Shown here in pieces: positions 1 to 10,010 of a DNA stretch of 64,000 nt. A program made the position numbers and the translations under genes. The DNA is from Candidatus Latescibacterota bacterium (GTDB taxonomy: Bacteria > Latescibacterota > UBA2968 > GCA-2709665). The notes under the pieces are model-generated. The model did not search any database. It saw nothing but the letters and a program-made list of their open reading frames with translations, and was not told where the DNA came from. The stretch covers positions 1,152,001 through 1,216,000 of the forward strand of contig CBDDDZ010000005.1 in assembly GCA_965226795.1 (NCBI GenBank), in the 5' to 3' direction. Within the stretch, counting starts at the first letter, position 1. Every line of letters begins with the position of its first letter.

Positions 1-908
1 CGAATGCCGTACATGCCGGCAAATATCGCCACGTTGCGGGCGGGGGTAAGGCCCCCCATCTGGCTAATGTGCATTCGGATAAAGTCAATCAGCCGGTCCT
101 GGATGAGTGGGGTCCACTCTCGCGGGTGGTTGAAGAGTTCCCCCATGGCGATGGGCGTGGCGCATTGACGCCGGATGTTTCGGAACCATTCCAGATCCTC
201 CGGGGCGAGCGGATCCTCCAGGAAAAACAGCTTGAAGGGTTCCGCATTCTTCGCGAACTGGACCGCGTCGATGGGGACCAGGCGTTCGTGGATGTCGTGG
301 AGGAGTTCGACGTGCGGGGCGGCGTTTGCGCGGACATGCCCGATCATATCGAGGATCCCGCGGGCGTATTCCCGCGGATCATAATACGCGCCCTCCGGCG
401 CACCTTCCGGTTTGCGCAAGCGGGATGTCCTGCCGCCGTACCCGCCCATCTGCACACGAATGTGCTGGTAGCCCTGTTCGTGGAATTTCAGGACGTTGTC
501 GAGGACTTCGTTCTTGTCTCGACCGTCGGCGTGCGCGTAACAGGCTGCGGCTTCGCGACATCTGCCGCCCAGGAGCTGATAGACGGGCATGCCCGCGCGC
601 TTGCCCTTGATGTCCCACAGAGCGATATCGACGCCGGAAATCGCGTTGTTGAGTACGGGGCCGTTGCGCCAGTATCCGTTGACCATACACATCTGCCAGA
701 CGTCTTCAATGCGGTCGACGTCACGTCCGATGAGAAAGGGTTTGATGTGTTTTTCAAGAGCGGTGCGGACGGCGTGGAAACGCTGGGTGAACGTGGCACA
801 GCCGAGGCCGTAGAGGCCGGGTTCGGAAGTGATCACTTTTACCACGATGAGGCGTGATCCGGCCGGCTGGGTGAGGATGGTTCTGACGTCGCGGATGGTG
901 ACGGGCAC
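1..908 (-). CDS. Enolase-superfamily dehydratase, mannonate dehydratase (ManD/RspA) subgroup; runs off the left edge
   Basis: Not in the ORF track. Manual translation from GTG at 908 (GGAGAG SD upstream) gives MPVTIRDVRTILTQP...GLGCATFTQR...YWRNGPVLNNAISGVDIALWDIKGKRAGMPVYQLLGG, the ManD/RspA N-terminal signature. Confidence 0.88.
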   Translation of the reverse strand, partial: MPVTIRDVRTILTQPAGSRLIVVKVITSEPGLYGLGCATFTQRFHAVRTALEKHIKPFLIGRDVDRIEDVWQMCMVNGYWRNGPVLNNAISGVDIALWDIKGKRAGMPVYQLLGGRCREAAACYAHADGRDKNEVLDNVLKFHEQGYQHIRVQMGGYGGRTSRLRKPEGAPEGAYYDPREYARGILDMIGHVRANAAPHVELLHDIHERLVPIDAVQFAKNAEPFKLFFLEDPLAPEDLEWFRNIRRQCATPIAMGELFNHPREWTPLIQDRLIDFIRMHISQMGGLTPARNVAIFAGMYGI

Positions 909-1070
909 GGACGACTCTCCGGCAATGACTATCGATACAACCGTTACCTCGGTCCCTGGCTTTCTTTAATAAGGCCTGTGCGGTGGAAATGTCCACGGAT
1001 ATTTTCAGGGGCGGCCAGGGGACCGGGTAGTCCGCATACCGCCCACATGCGAGTCGGCCCGTGTCGTGGT

Positions 1071-2375
1071 CTACAGCCGCCCTTCTTTCTGAAGAATGTC
1101 TCCGGCGATGGCGTAGGTTGTGCCGTGCATACCGATCACCACGAGGCCGATACCCTCGGCCAGGTAACCGCCCGGATACAGGTTTGGTACGGCTGTGCAT
1201 TCATAGTTGTGGGGATATATGGGCAATTGATGAACCTGGAAGCGATAATTGTCATATTTGTCGACCACAGGGAGCGAGGGAAAACCCTCGAAGAGGGTGT
1301 AATCCGCGATGCCGCCGATTTCAAGGATGGCGTGGTCGATTTCCAGCGTTTCGCGGTTGCCATTGCGACAAAGGGTGGCAATACCGCCCGAAACGCCCTG
1401 CTCGAAACCGAGGATCCGGGTTTCATAGCGGGCATTCAGAAGGTCGGATCGGCTTGCCATGATATCGGCGATGCGCGCGTAGTAGGGAAGGCCGAAGCGG
1501 CTGTCTGAAATGAGGCGCCAGTGCTGATCGAAGGGCTGGCGCATGACGTAGTGGATCTGTTTGCCGGCGTCGTGCAGCTCGGTAGCCGCCCAATCAGCGG
1601 ACCGGCCTCCTCCCACGACAAGGATGCGATCGCCGGGATAGTTTTCTGGTTGATCGTAGCCTGCAGTTACAAACGGGAGTTCTTCGCCCGGAACGTTGAG
1701 TTTTCGCAGAATGGAACGCTGCCCCACCGCGTATACGAGGTACTTGCAGGTGTAACGACGGGTGATTTCCGTGCTGACGTCACAGGATGTGAGCAGAAAA
1801 CCCCCTTCGTGAGGCTGGATGCGCGTAACTCTTTCGTGTGTGCGTATGTGGTCGGCGACTTCGAAGCGGCCCGGGACGGCGTGGTAATAGTCGATGAGGT
1901 GATGTTTGGCGATCAGGGCGTTGACGTCGAGATCGATGTGTTGTTCGCGGCAATGCCGGTCGAGCGGATGAAAGGCGAATTCCATCCATTGCCCCGGAGA
2001 AAGCGTAAGCATGTTTTTCGGTACATTATTCCACACGCCGCCGACCTCTTCCTGGGTGATAAGCAACACGTCGACGGGTTGGTGTTTGCGGAATTCCAGG
2101 GCGATTTCATCCTGGCCGCGGAACTTCTGTCCCGGGTGGTGCAAGAGGCGAAACAGGTCCACGGGACGGATGCCGGCATTCACGACGGCTCGGAAATCGA
2201 GGCCGAGCAGCGTGCCGTTCTCGCTCCGAAGGTAGCTGTCGACCTGACCGTATCGATTCCGGAAAAGGGCGCCACCGCGATAATACGGATACCATCCGCC
2301 GAGCACGACGGCCAATGGCAGCCCCGCCGGGCCCCCGCCCACGATGATGACGGTATGGTGTTCGGGTGTGGCCAT
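1071..2375 (-). CDS. FAD/NAD(P)-binding oxidoreductase, OSGIN/OKL38-like
   Basis: Two Rossmann motifs (VIIVGGGPAG, ILVVGGGRSA), GGVW motif, C-terminal PNLYPGG. Start moved to ATG 2375 (GGAGG upstream). Confidence 0.8.
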   Translation of the reverse strand: MATPEHHTVIIVGGGPAGLPLAVVLGGWYPYYRGGALFRNRYGQVDSYLRSENGTLLGLDFRAVVNAGIRPVDLFRLLHHPGQKFRGQDEIALEFRKHQPVDVLLITQEEVGGVWNNVPKNMLTLSPGQWMEFAFHPLDRHCREQHIDLDVNALIAKHHLIDYYHAVPGRFEVADHIRTHERVTRIQPHEGGFLLTSCDVSTEITRRYTCKYLVYAVGQRSILRKLNVPGEELPFVTAGYDQPENYPGDRILVVGGGRSADWAATELHDAGKQIHYVMRQPFDQHWRLISDSRFGLPYYARIADIMASRSDLLNARYETRILGFEQGVSGGIATLCRNGNRETLEIDHAILEIGGIADYTLFEGFPSLPVVDKYDNYRFQVHQLPIYPHNYECTAVPNLYPGGYLAEGIGLVVIGMHGTTYAIAGDILQKEGRL

Positions 2376-2535
2376 GATATTTCCGGGGGACCTCCCGTGG
2401 CCCAACTGGCGCAGTGAGATTTGATTGGCGCACACGCACTTGAGGCGAACGGGCGATCCCTGGCGGTACGTATTTCCCGGGGAAGCGGTCGATCCGCTGC
2501 GTTGGTGGGCCGGGCGTGAACCTGGGGGGTTGACC

Positions 2536-2564
2536 TTGACTTCAGCAGTTGAATGCCGTATGAT
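2536..2564 (+). promoter_or_regulatory. sigma70-like promoter for the aminotransferase operon
   Basis: TTGACT-17 nt-TATGAT. Confidence 0.6.
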
Positions 2565-2588
2565 GATGCTTCCTGATATCGAGGATGC

Positions 2589-2617
2589 AAAGTAGATATG
2601 AGGCGCAGGGGAGTCAA
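2589..2617 (-). promoter_or_regulatory. sigma70-like promoter for the OSGIN-like gene
   Basis: On the minus strand, TTGACT-17 nt-TACTTT. Confidence 0.5.
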
Positions 2618-2650
2618 GCCAAATATCGTCGTTTTGAACGGGAGAATCCG

Positions 2651-4018
2651 ATGGAGGACATACACCAACTGGATGTCGGGGAGATCCGGGCCCAGGACCG
2701 CGCGCACGTGTGGCATCCGATGATACAGCACCGGTCCCTGGAGCGCCGGGATCTGATGGTGGTCCACAAAGGGAAGGGAACAAGAGTGGTGGATGCCGAG
2801 GGTCGGGAGTATCTGGATGCGTACGCGGGACTCTGGAACGTCAACGTGGGATACGGCCGCCAGGAGATTGCGACGGCCGTGTACGAGCAGATGTTGCAGC
2901 TTTCGTACTATCCCCATCTCCAGGTTAATCTGCCCGCCGCAGAACTGGCATCCAGACTGGCTGAATTGTTGCCCGGGGATCTGAACCATCTATTCTTCTC
3001 CAACAGCGGCTCGGAGGCGAACGAGACGGCGTTGAAGATTGCGCGTCAATACGGTCGACAGAAATTTCCTGGCCAGAACCGTTACAAGGTGATCGCGCGA
3101 TACCAGGGTTACCACGGGTTTACATTTGGCGCCATGTCCGCGACGGGACAGGTTTCCAGGCGGGCCAAGTTCGAGCCCCTGGTGCCGGGTTTCTTCCACG
3201 TGGACCCTCCCTACTGTTACCGCTGCCCGCTGAAACTGACCTATCCCGACTGTGGCGTGGCGTGCGTGGACGAGGTCGAAGAGGTCATTGTCCGGGAGGA
3301 TCCGACAACGGTTGTCGCCGTCATTGCAGAACCGATTATCGGCGGCGGCGGCGTGATCATCCCGCCGGACGAGTACCTTCCTCGCCTGCGTGAGATCTGC
3401 GACCGGTATGGCGTGCTGCTGATTCTCGACGAAGTGATCACGGGGTTCGGCCGTACCGGCAAGCTGTTTGCGTCGGAGCACTGGGATGTGGTTCCGGACG
3501 TGATGACCATGGCGAAAGGGGTGTCCAGCGGATATCTGCCCCTCGGGGCATGCGCGGTGACGTCGGAGGTGTTCGAATCTTTTATGGGCGAGCCCGACGA
3601 AGAGCGGGAATTCTCCTCGGTGGCCACCTATGGCGGGCATCCGGTTTGCTGCGCGGCGGCCCTGGCGAATCTGGACATTCTGACGGCCGAACGATTGTGG
3701 GAGAATTCGGCCGACGTTGGTGCGTACCTTCTGGGTAAATTGAAAGGGCTTGATTCTCCGTTGGTCGGCGATGTGCGGGGAAAGGGGCTGATGATCGCCG
3801 TGGAACTTACTGCGGAGAACGGCGCCATGCTGGACGCCGCACGGGTCACGGCGGTGCAGGAGGGTATTAAGGAAAACGGCGTGATTGTGGGGCGCATGAG
3901 CCACGTGATGGCCGGGCCGGAGAGCATTTTCTTCCTTGCGCCGCCCTTGATTCTGACGCGGAAGGAAGCGGATCAGATCGTGTCGGCGTTCGATATGGGG
4001 CTAAAGCGTATTTCCTGA
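2651..4018 (+). CDS. Class III PLP-dependent aminotransferase (omega-amine/taurine:pyruvate type)
   Basis: YLDAYAGLWNVNVGYG, SGSEANE, GYHG, LILDEVITGFGRTG, MAKGVSSGYLPLG. Start at ATG 2651 after GGAGA. Confidence 0.93.
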   Translation: MEDIHQLDVGEIRAQDRAHVWHPMIQHRSLERRDLMVVHKGKGTRVVDAEGREYLDAYAGLWNVNVGYGRQEIATAVYEQMLQLSYYPHLQVNLPAAELASRLAELLPGDLNHLFFSNSGSEANETALKIARQYGRQKFPGQNRYKVIARYQGYHGFTFGAMSATGQVSRRAKFEPLVPGFFHVDPPYCYRCPLKLTYPDCGVACVDEVEEVIVREDPTTVVAVIAEPIIGGGGVIIPPDEYLPRLREICDRYGVLLILDEVITGFGRTGKLFASEHWDVVPDVMTMAKGVSSGYLPLGACAVTSEVFESFMGEPDEEREFSSVATYGGHPVCCAAALANLDILTAERLWENSADVGAYLLGKLKGLDSPLVGDVRGKGLMIAVELTAENGAMLDAARVTAVQEGIKENGVIVGRMSHVMAGPESIFFLAPPLILTRKEADQIVSAFDMGLKRIS

Positions 4019-4029
4019 CAGAGGACGTT

Positions 4030-5427
4030 GTGACGAACGGCTACGAAACATCCGAACCATCGGGCGGAAAGACAGCGTCGCGTATCGATGCATTGATGGA
4101 GGTGACAACTGAACTCCTTGCCCTGGAGGACCGGGCGGCGCTTGCCCGCGTGTTAAACAGGCAGCGAGCGGCCGACGTGGCGGATCTCATTAGAAGGTTG
4201 GACGACGGTACGCGTGAAATCGTGTTCGGGTTGCTGAAAGACGGTCTGGAGGTTGAGGTGCTGGCCGAGTCGGATGTGCCCACCACTCGCGCCATTGCGG
4301 ACGACCTGGAACCGGAGACCCTGTCCGAACTGGTCGAGGAAATGGCGCCGGATGATGCGGCCGACGTGTTGTCCGACCTGGAGGATGAGGATGAGGATGC
4401 GGAAAAGATTCTGGGTCTGATGGCGTCCGAGGAGGCTGAGGAAGTACAGGGGTTAATGGCTCACGACGAGGATACGGGGGAGCCCTGATGACCCCCCGGC
4501 TGGTCCTTGCCGACGTCTCGGCCACGGCGATCGAGGTGATCGAGACGTTGCGGCGTGACGCGACGTCGGCCGAAATCCTTAAACCTGTACGTGGTCGACG
4601 CCGAAGGAAGGCTGCAGGGCGCGGTGCCGCTCCATTTACTGGTTACCGCGCCTCCCGCTGCCGTGATGAGCGGATTGATGGATACGGATGTGATCAGCGT
4701 GACGCCCGAGACCGACCAGGAGGACATTGCAACGTTCTTTACGCGGTACGATCTTGTTGCGGCGCCCGTCGTGGATGGCAACGGACGGGTGATCGGTCAG
4801 ATTACCGTCGACGACGTGATGGATGTGATAGTGGAGGAGGCGACGGAAGACATCTACAAGATGGCGGGCACACGCGACGTCGAGATAGAACGACCGTCGG
4901 TCGTGCGCGTCGCGTTCATCAGACTGCCCTGGTTGCTGATGTGCCTGTTGGGAAGTTTCCTGGCCGGCTTGGTCATTCACCGGTTTGAAGTGACGCTCGA
5001 ACGGGCGATTACCCTGGCATCGTTCATTCCGGTAATTATGGCGACCGGCGGAAACAGTGGCCTGCAGGCGTCAACGGTAACCGTCCGGAGCCTGGTGACG
5101 GGCCACCTGTCTTCGGGTCTGATGCTCAGGATGGTGTTCCGGGAGGTTGGCGCGGGCGCCGTAATCGGGCTGGCGTGCGGGGTGGCCGCCAGTACGGTCG
5201 CCTGGCTGTGGTTCGGCCACGTGTTTGTTGGGGTCTGTGTTGGAATAGCGATGTTTCTGGTGATCGGTTTCGCCGTCTTTCTGGGTGTAATGACACCGAT
5301 TTTCTTCAATCGTGTCGGAATCGACCCGGCCGTCGCATCGGGTCCGTTCATAACAACCGCAAACGACGTGGCCGGCATCCTGATCTATCTGGGGCTGGCG
5401 ACGCTGCTCATGCAAACACGCTCCTAG
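4030..5427 (+). pseudogene. mgtE: Magnesium transporter MgtE with two compensating frameshifts (possibly sequencing error)
   Basis: N-domain (MAPDDAADVL), CBS pair (YVVDAEGRLQG, GQITVDD) and TM domain (RLPWL, GGNSGLQ, GIDPAVASGPFITTAND) are split across three ORFs. A G is missing in the run at ~4476-4480 and there is an extra A at ~4581. Confidence 0.88.
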
Positions 5428-5434
5428 ACCGCAT

Positions 5435-6994
5435 ATGCACGCCTGTTTCGGACATTATGTCGCCCTTCGGACGGAGATGGAAGCCTGGCTGGCGCAGAGC
5501 CGGAGCATGGACCCGCCGGGCCGGCACGGCGGGGGAGAGGATGAAGCAAACTACGCTCTGGCCTGGTTTCCGCACTTTCTGGCGACGGGCAGCCCGGCAG
5601 TGATGGAACATTTCGAGCATCTCCGTGATCAGCTTGCGGGTTGGGTCCAGCGGGAATGTCTTCACGGTTACGAGGCGGAGGCCGAGGCCCACCACGGCAC
5701 CGAACCGTTTCTGCTTTTCCTCCCGCGCTACCTGGGTCTGCTTCCGAAGGACCGGGTGGCAGCGGGGCTGCTCGCCGATGCGGCCGAACACATCGGGAAC
5801 TGGGTGAAGGGGATTCCGGGGTGGTTCGACTGGGATCGGAATCGGTTTTACGGATACCACATAGGTACACGGATTGTTGGCAGGGATCCGGAGCACGCTG
5901 TGGAACTGGCGGAGCATTTTCGGTTTATCCATATCGCCCTGGCGGCTTACCGGGTAATGAAACAAGATCGGTACCTGGATTGGGCGCTGCGATACGGCCG
6001 GCGTCGCGCGGAGATGATCGTGACGGCTCCGAAAGGGGATTTGCCGGTGATGTGGGGGCCGGACGGCCAGCCGCTCCGTGAATGCGGGTACACGGAATCG
6101 CAGCGTCGAATGAGCGGCGCCAGCCACCATTCTCAGGGCGATCCGGCGGCGGGTGTGGAGGTCCTTCTCGCCTCCGGCGCGGTCCAGGCGTTGGGCGACC
6201 TGTTCCGACTTTCAGGCGAACAGGTTTTTCGCGACGCGGCATTTCGGATCGTCGAGCCGCTTGTCGCCATGCTTCACGACCCGTATTGCGATCCCGGCGC
6301 GGCCGCCGTCTCCTATTACCGGGGCGTATTTGGCGACGATACACTGGATGGCCGCATTCGGGAGATGGTTGTGCGGATCCCGGAAGAGGAAGCCGGCGAA
6401 CTCGTGCTGATGGTGCCCGAGATTCCCAGGATGGTCTTTCCCGGCGTCGGAAAACGGGCGGATATGGTGCACTGGGGCGTGCTGGCAGACGGCATGGACC
6501 GGCTCGCGCCAACGCGCGAGCCATGCACGGCCACGTTGACGTTGGCCTACCAGATAACCGGTGATGTATCTTTCGCATCGCGGGCGTTGAGGCAGGCATC
6601 GAGGAAGTTAAGGCTGGCGCGACGCGTGTTGAGGGGAGGCCGGGAGCACGCGGACATGGGCGGGGCGGTCTGCTCCGTGGCGGCCGGCCACGGACGAAAC
6701 TGGGGTTCGGGCGCTGTGACCGGTTGCTACGGTCCGCTGTTACTGGGTGCCCGGGAGCGCCTGGGTGCGGTGAAGCCCGCGGTGGAATTTCGCCGGTCTG
6801 GCGGTGAGCCCGGTTTGCCGGAGCGTGTGGTTTCGCTGGCCGTCCCACCTGGCCCGGCGGCGGGAAGCGCTCGAATTTACAACGGTGGTGATTTGGAAGA
6901 GGCCGTTTCCTGGAGGCAGCCGGGAACGGCGTGGCATGAGGTCTCACTGCCGCCGGGAGGCGAGATAAAAGTGGTGCTGCAGGAGGATGCATGA
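5435..6994 (+). CDS. Hypothetical protein, possibly an (alpha/alpha)-barrel carbohydrate-active enzyme
   Basis: 519 aa ORF packed in the operon; recurring LxxAYxxTGDxxF/Y-like helical-hairpin motifs (LAAYRVMKQDRYLDWA, LFRLSGEQVFRDAA, LAYQITGDVSFASRA). Confidence 0.6.
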   Translation: MHACFGHYVALRTEMEAWLAQSRSMDPPGRHGGGEDEANYALAWFPHFLATGSPAVMEHFEHLRDQLAGWVQRECLHGYEAEAEAHHGTEPFLLFLPRYLGLLPKDRVAAGLLADAAEHIGNWVKGIPGWFDWDRNRFYGYHIGTRIVGRDPEHAVELAEHFRFIHIALAAYRVMKQDRYLDWALRYGRRRAEMIVTAPKGDLPVMWGPDGQPLRECGYTESQRRMSGASHHSQGDPAAGVEVLLASGAVQALGDLFRLSGEQVFRDAAFRIVEPLVAMLHDPYCDPGAAAVSYYRGVFGDDTLDGRIREMVVRIPEEEAGELVLMVPEIPRMVFPGVGKRADMVHWGVLADGMDRLAPTREPCTATLTLAYQITGDVSFASRALRQASRKLRLARRVLRGGREHADMGGAVCSVAAGHGRNWGSGAVTGCYGPLLLGARERLGAVKPAVEFRRSGGEPGLPERVVSLAVPPGPAAGSARIYNGGDLEEAVSWRQPGTAWHEVSLPPGGEIKVVLQEDA

Positions 6995-7974
6995 TGAAAT
7001 ACCGCAAGCTGGGACAAACCGGGCTGGAGGTATCGGAAATCGGGCTCGGCGCGTTTCCGATATCGGGGATGCAGAGGCAGGCGGACGGTACGCGGTTTGG
7101 ATGGACGGGAACGGTGGATTCGGAGTCGATCGCGCTGATTCATCGGTGCGAGGAACTCGGGATCAACCTGATCGATACCGCTGAGGGTTACGGCGAGGGG
7201 CACAGTGAAGTCCTTGTAGGAAGGGCCCTGCGAGGTCGGAGAGACAGGTGGATCGTGGCATCCAAGGTCCAGCCAAACGCGGGGATTCACTCGAGCACGC
7301 CGGATGAGTCGGCAGTGCGCAAGAGGATTACGGAGGCGTGTGAGCGAAGCCTGGATCGGTTGGGAATGGAGTATATCGACATCTATCAGTTGCACGCCAT
7401 TCCCTACGACTGGGCGATGCCGACGGTAATGGATACACTTGCGGGGCTCCGGCGAGAGGGGAAGGTGCGGTGGTACGGAATTTCGACCAACGACCGGCGG
7501 GCGGTCGATCGGCTCCGGTTACTGGGTCCTGTACATATATTGCAGGTCGGCTATAATCTGCTGGAACGCACGGCGGATGGGTTTCTGCATTGGGCGAAGG
7601 CGGAGAATATCGGCACATTGATTCGCGTGCCACTGGCAAAGGGGCAACTGACGGGTAAGTATTTCGGCGAGGAGGCACGGTCCATCCCGGAAAACGACGT
7701 GCGATACGAGCGCTTCAACAGACCGGAAACGGTCGATGGGCTCAAGCGGTTGCCGCAGTTGCTGTTCCTGCAGAACCGGAAGCGAACCATGGCGCAGGCG
7801 GCCCTACGATTTGTGCTGGATCATCCCGGTGTGTCGTGCGTAATCGCCGGGGCCAAAAACCGTCGGCAGGCAGAGGAGAACGCCCGTGCCGTAGAGATGC
7901 CACCGCTGACCGATGCGGAACTCGAACGTGCCATCCCGATTGCGGATACCATTGGTACGCCGGGGTGGATCTAG
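6991..7974 (+). CDS. Aldo/keto reductase
   Basis: YRKLGQTGLEVSEIGLG, IDTAEGYG, SLDRLGMEYIDIYQLH, YNLLER. Confidence 0.95.
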   Translation: MMKYRKLGQTGLEVSEIGLGAFPISGMQRQADGTRFGWTGTVDSESIALIHRCEELGINLIDTAEGYGEGHSEVLVGRALRGRRDRWIVASKVQPNAGIHSSTPDESAVRKRITEACERSLDRLGMEYIDIYQLHAIPYDWAMPTVMDTLAGLRREGKVRWYGISTNDRRAVDRLRLLGPVHILQVGYNLLERTADGFLHWAKAENIGTLIRVPLAKGQLTGKYFGEEARSIPENDVRYERFNRPETVDGLKRLPQLLFLQNRKRTMAQAALRFVLDHPGVSCVIAGAKNRRQAEENARAVEMPPLTDAELERAIPIADTIGTPGWI

Positions 7975-8088
7975 GCAGCCGTCCCCACATCCCCGGATGA
8001 ATTGGCCAACATGCCGGCACGGGTTAGAGCCATTTGGTTTGGGTTCGGCGCGAGGTTCGCCATTTCACGGGGATTCCGGAGGTAATCT

Positions 8089-9351
8089 ATGTCTTCTGCT
8101 ATTCGGATTGGCGTGGTCGGTTGCGGGCGAATCCTGAACGCGCATTTGCGTGGGTTCCGAATCCTGCAGGAAAACGGATTAGGGGATCTCTTCCGGATTA
8201 CGGCACTCTGCGCCAGGAAAACCGAGGATGCCCGCCGGTTTCGAACGCGGGGCCAAGGGCCGGGACCCAGACCGGCGCCGGTAGACGCGCCGGGTGACCC
8301 CTTGAATGCGCCACACGCCTATATAAGCGATTTGCATCCCGGTCAGGAAACGGCGATTTTCACGGATTATCGCGACATGCTTGAGCGTGGACCGGTCGAC
8401 GCGGTGTGCGTCCTGACGGGGCACGATACGCATCACACCATCGCCATCGATGCCATGCGTGCCGGCAGGCATGTGACGGTCGAAAAGCCGATGGCGATTT
8501 CGGTAAAGGCCGCACAGCGGATGTGTGAAGTGGCGTCCGAGACGGACACGGTATTGAGCGTCGCGGAGAATGTGAACTTCACTCCGTCGGTCCGGGCAAA
8601 CGGATGGGCCGTCAGCCAGGGATTGATCGGCGACGTGCAGATGGTCTACCGCGGAACGATCGGATTCCGGTCTCACCGGCCGGATCTTGTTGCCGCGCGT
8701 ACTCCCTGGAGGCAGTCAAGGCTGGGCGCCGGCGGAGGGGTATCCATTGATCTGGGGGTGCATCTCTTCAACGGCGTGCGGACGATTTGCGGACCGGTGC
8801 ATTCGGTGCAGGCCGTGTGGCGGATTCTCGAGCCGGTACGGATGCTGATGTCGGACGACGACCGCAGGGTCGCGGATGAGGTCGAGAACCAGGTGGACGA
8901 CGTGTTTTTTTCGAATTTCAGGCTTGTGAACGGAGCGATCGGGCATATGGCTGTGGCCCGAAGCGCCAGGGGCACGCAGATTGGGGTGCCGGGAGGTACT
9001 AACGTATTCGGCAGCGCGGGGGCGTTGTCCGATGGAAAAATCTTCACCGAGGATCGGGCCGGGGAAGACGTTTTGGAGCGTTTTCGACGGGACGCCCCCG
9101 AACAGGAACTGGCGGAAGCGATGCCCGCCGGGATCACGGATGCGTTCGCGCTGGAGAACCTGGACTGGCTTCGCGCAATCCGCGACGGGTCGCGGGTGCG
9201 GATGTCGGGGGAGGAGGGGACGATAGACCTGGCGTTGAGCTACGCGATCCTGGAATCGGGGCTGCTGGGACGGGAGGTGTCTCTGGAGGAGATGCTGCGC
9301 GGCGAGGTGGACGGATACCAGAGGGCAATCAACGCGCACTACGGGTTGTAG
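8089..9351 (+). CDS. Gfo/Idh/MocA family oxidoreductase
   Basis: IGVVGCGRI, HVTVEKPMA, GGGVSIDLGVH. Confidence 0.92.
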   Translation: MSSAIRIGVVGCGRILNAHLRGFRILQENGLGDLFRITALCARKTEDARRFRTRGQGPGPRPAPVDAPGDPLNAPHAYISDLHPGQETAIFTDYRDMLERGPVDAVCVLTGHDTHHTIAIDAMRAGRHVTVEKPMAISVKAAQRMCEVASETDTVLSVAENVNFTPSVRANGWAVSQGLIGDVQMVYRGTIGFRSHRPDLVAARTPWRQSRLGAGGGVSIDLGVHLFNGVRTICGPVHSVQAVWRILEPVRMLMSDDDRRVADEVENQVDDVFFSNFRLVNGAIGHMAVARSARGTQIGVPGGTNVFGSAGALSDGKIFTEDRAGEDVLERFRRDAPEQELAEAMPAGITDAFALENLDWLRAIRDGSRVRMSGEEGTIDLALSYAILESGLLGREVSLEEMLRGEVDGYQRAINAHYGL

Positions 9352-9388
9352 AGAGTCGAGGTTACGGGCGAAAATCGATTGTTGTAAC

Positions 9389-9423
9389 AGCCCACCTGCC
9401 CTCGAGCGGGTGGGCTTCTTTTT
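9389..9423 (+). terminator. Rho-independent terminator between convergent genes
   Basis: AGCCCACCTGC/GCGGGTGGGCT hairpin followed by TCTTTTT. Confidence 0.75.
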
Positions 9424-9431
9424 CGGGTGGA

Positions 9432-10010
9432 TCAGCGTTTTACGATTTCCATGTTGCGGAACCAGATCTGACTATTGTGGTCCTGAAGCCCGATGTAGCC
9501 GGTTTCGGTCATTTCGCGGTATGCGCGGTTGAATTTGTTTGACGCACCGTCGGGGTTCCGGCTCGGGGTGGTCCAGCGGCTGAGATCCATGTCGGTGACT
9601 TGCTCACCGTTTAAGGTAACCCGGATGATGTAGTCCACGGCGTAAAGGATCATATGATTCCATTCGCCCGCAGGCTTGCAGGCGTTGTGCGTGGGGGCCT
9701 GTACATCATAAACCGCACCGCAGCATTTGGTGGTTGCGGGTTCGCGACCGTGCGTATCCAGGATTTGGATTTCAATACCGGTTTGCACCGGGTCGTCCAG
9801 ATCGGTCCAGCGGAAGAATACGCCGCTGTTGGCTCCGGGCGGGTGTTTGAACTCGAGCGATAGTTCGAAATTCCTGAATTGGTCGTTCGTATAATACAGG
9901 TACTCTCCGTTTTCAGCGGTGCAGAATATACAGCCTTGATCCACGGTCCAACCGGCGGGATTGCCGGTGGCTGCCCAGCCGTCGAGGGAATTACCGTCGA
10001 AGAGTTGCAT
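9432..10010 (-). CDS. DUF1080 (3-keto-disaccharide hydrolase) family protein
   Basis: LFDGNSLDGW, ANSGVFFR, EIQILD, GEWNHM, GYIGLQDH, IWFRNM. Start at ATG 10010. Confidence 0.93.
   Translation of the reverse strand: MQLFDGNSLDGWAATGNPAGWTVDQGCIFCTAENGEYLYYTNDQFRNFELSLEFKHPPGANSGVFFRWTDLDDPVQTGIEIQILDTHGREPATTKCCGAVYDVQAPTHNACKPAGEWNHMILYAVDYIIRVTLNGEQVTDMDLSRWTTPSRNPDGASNKFNRAYREMTETGYIGLQDHNSQIWFRNMEIVKR

Noticed and set aside
69..857. 262-aa plus-strand ORF and the many other long antisense or alternate-frame ORFs in the track
   Set aside because: Shadow ORFs of real genes in GC-rich DNA; the opposite strand or frame carries the recognisable motifs.
4470..4590. Programmed ribosomal frameshifting in mgtE or the TldD genes
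   Set aside because: No canonical slippery heptamer with a downstream structure was seen, and multiple scattered indels are better explained by sequencing error or decay.
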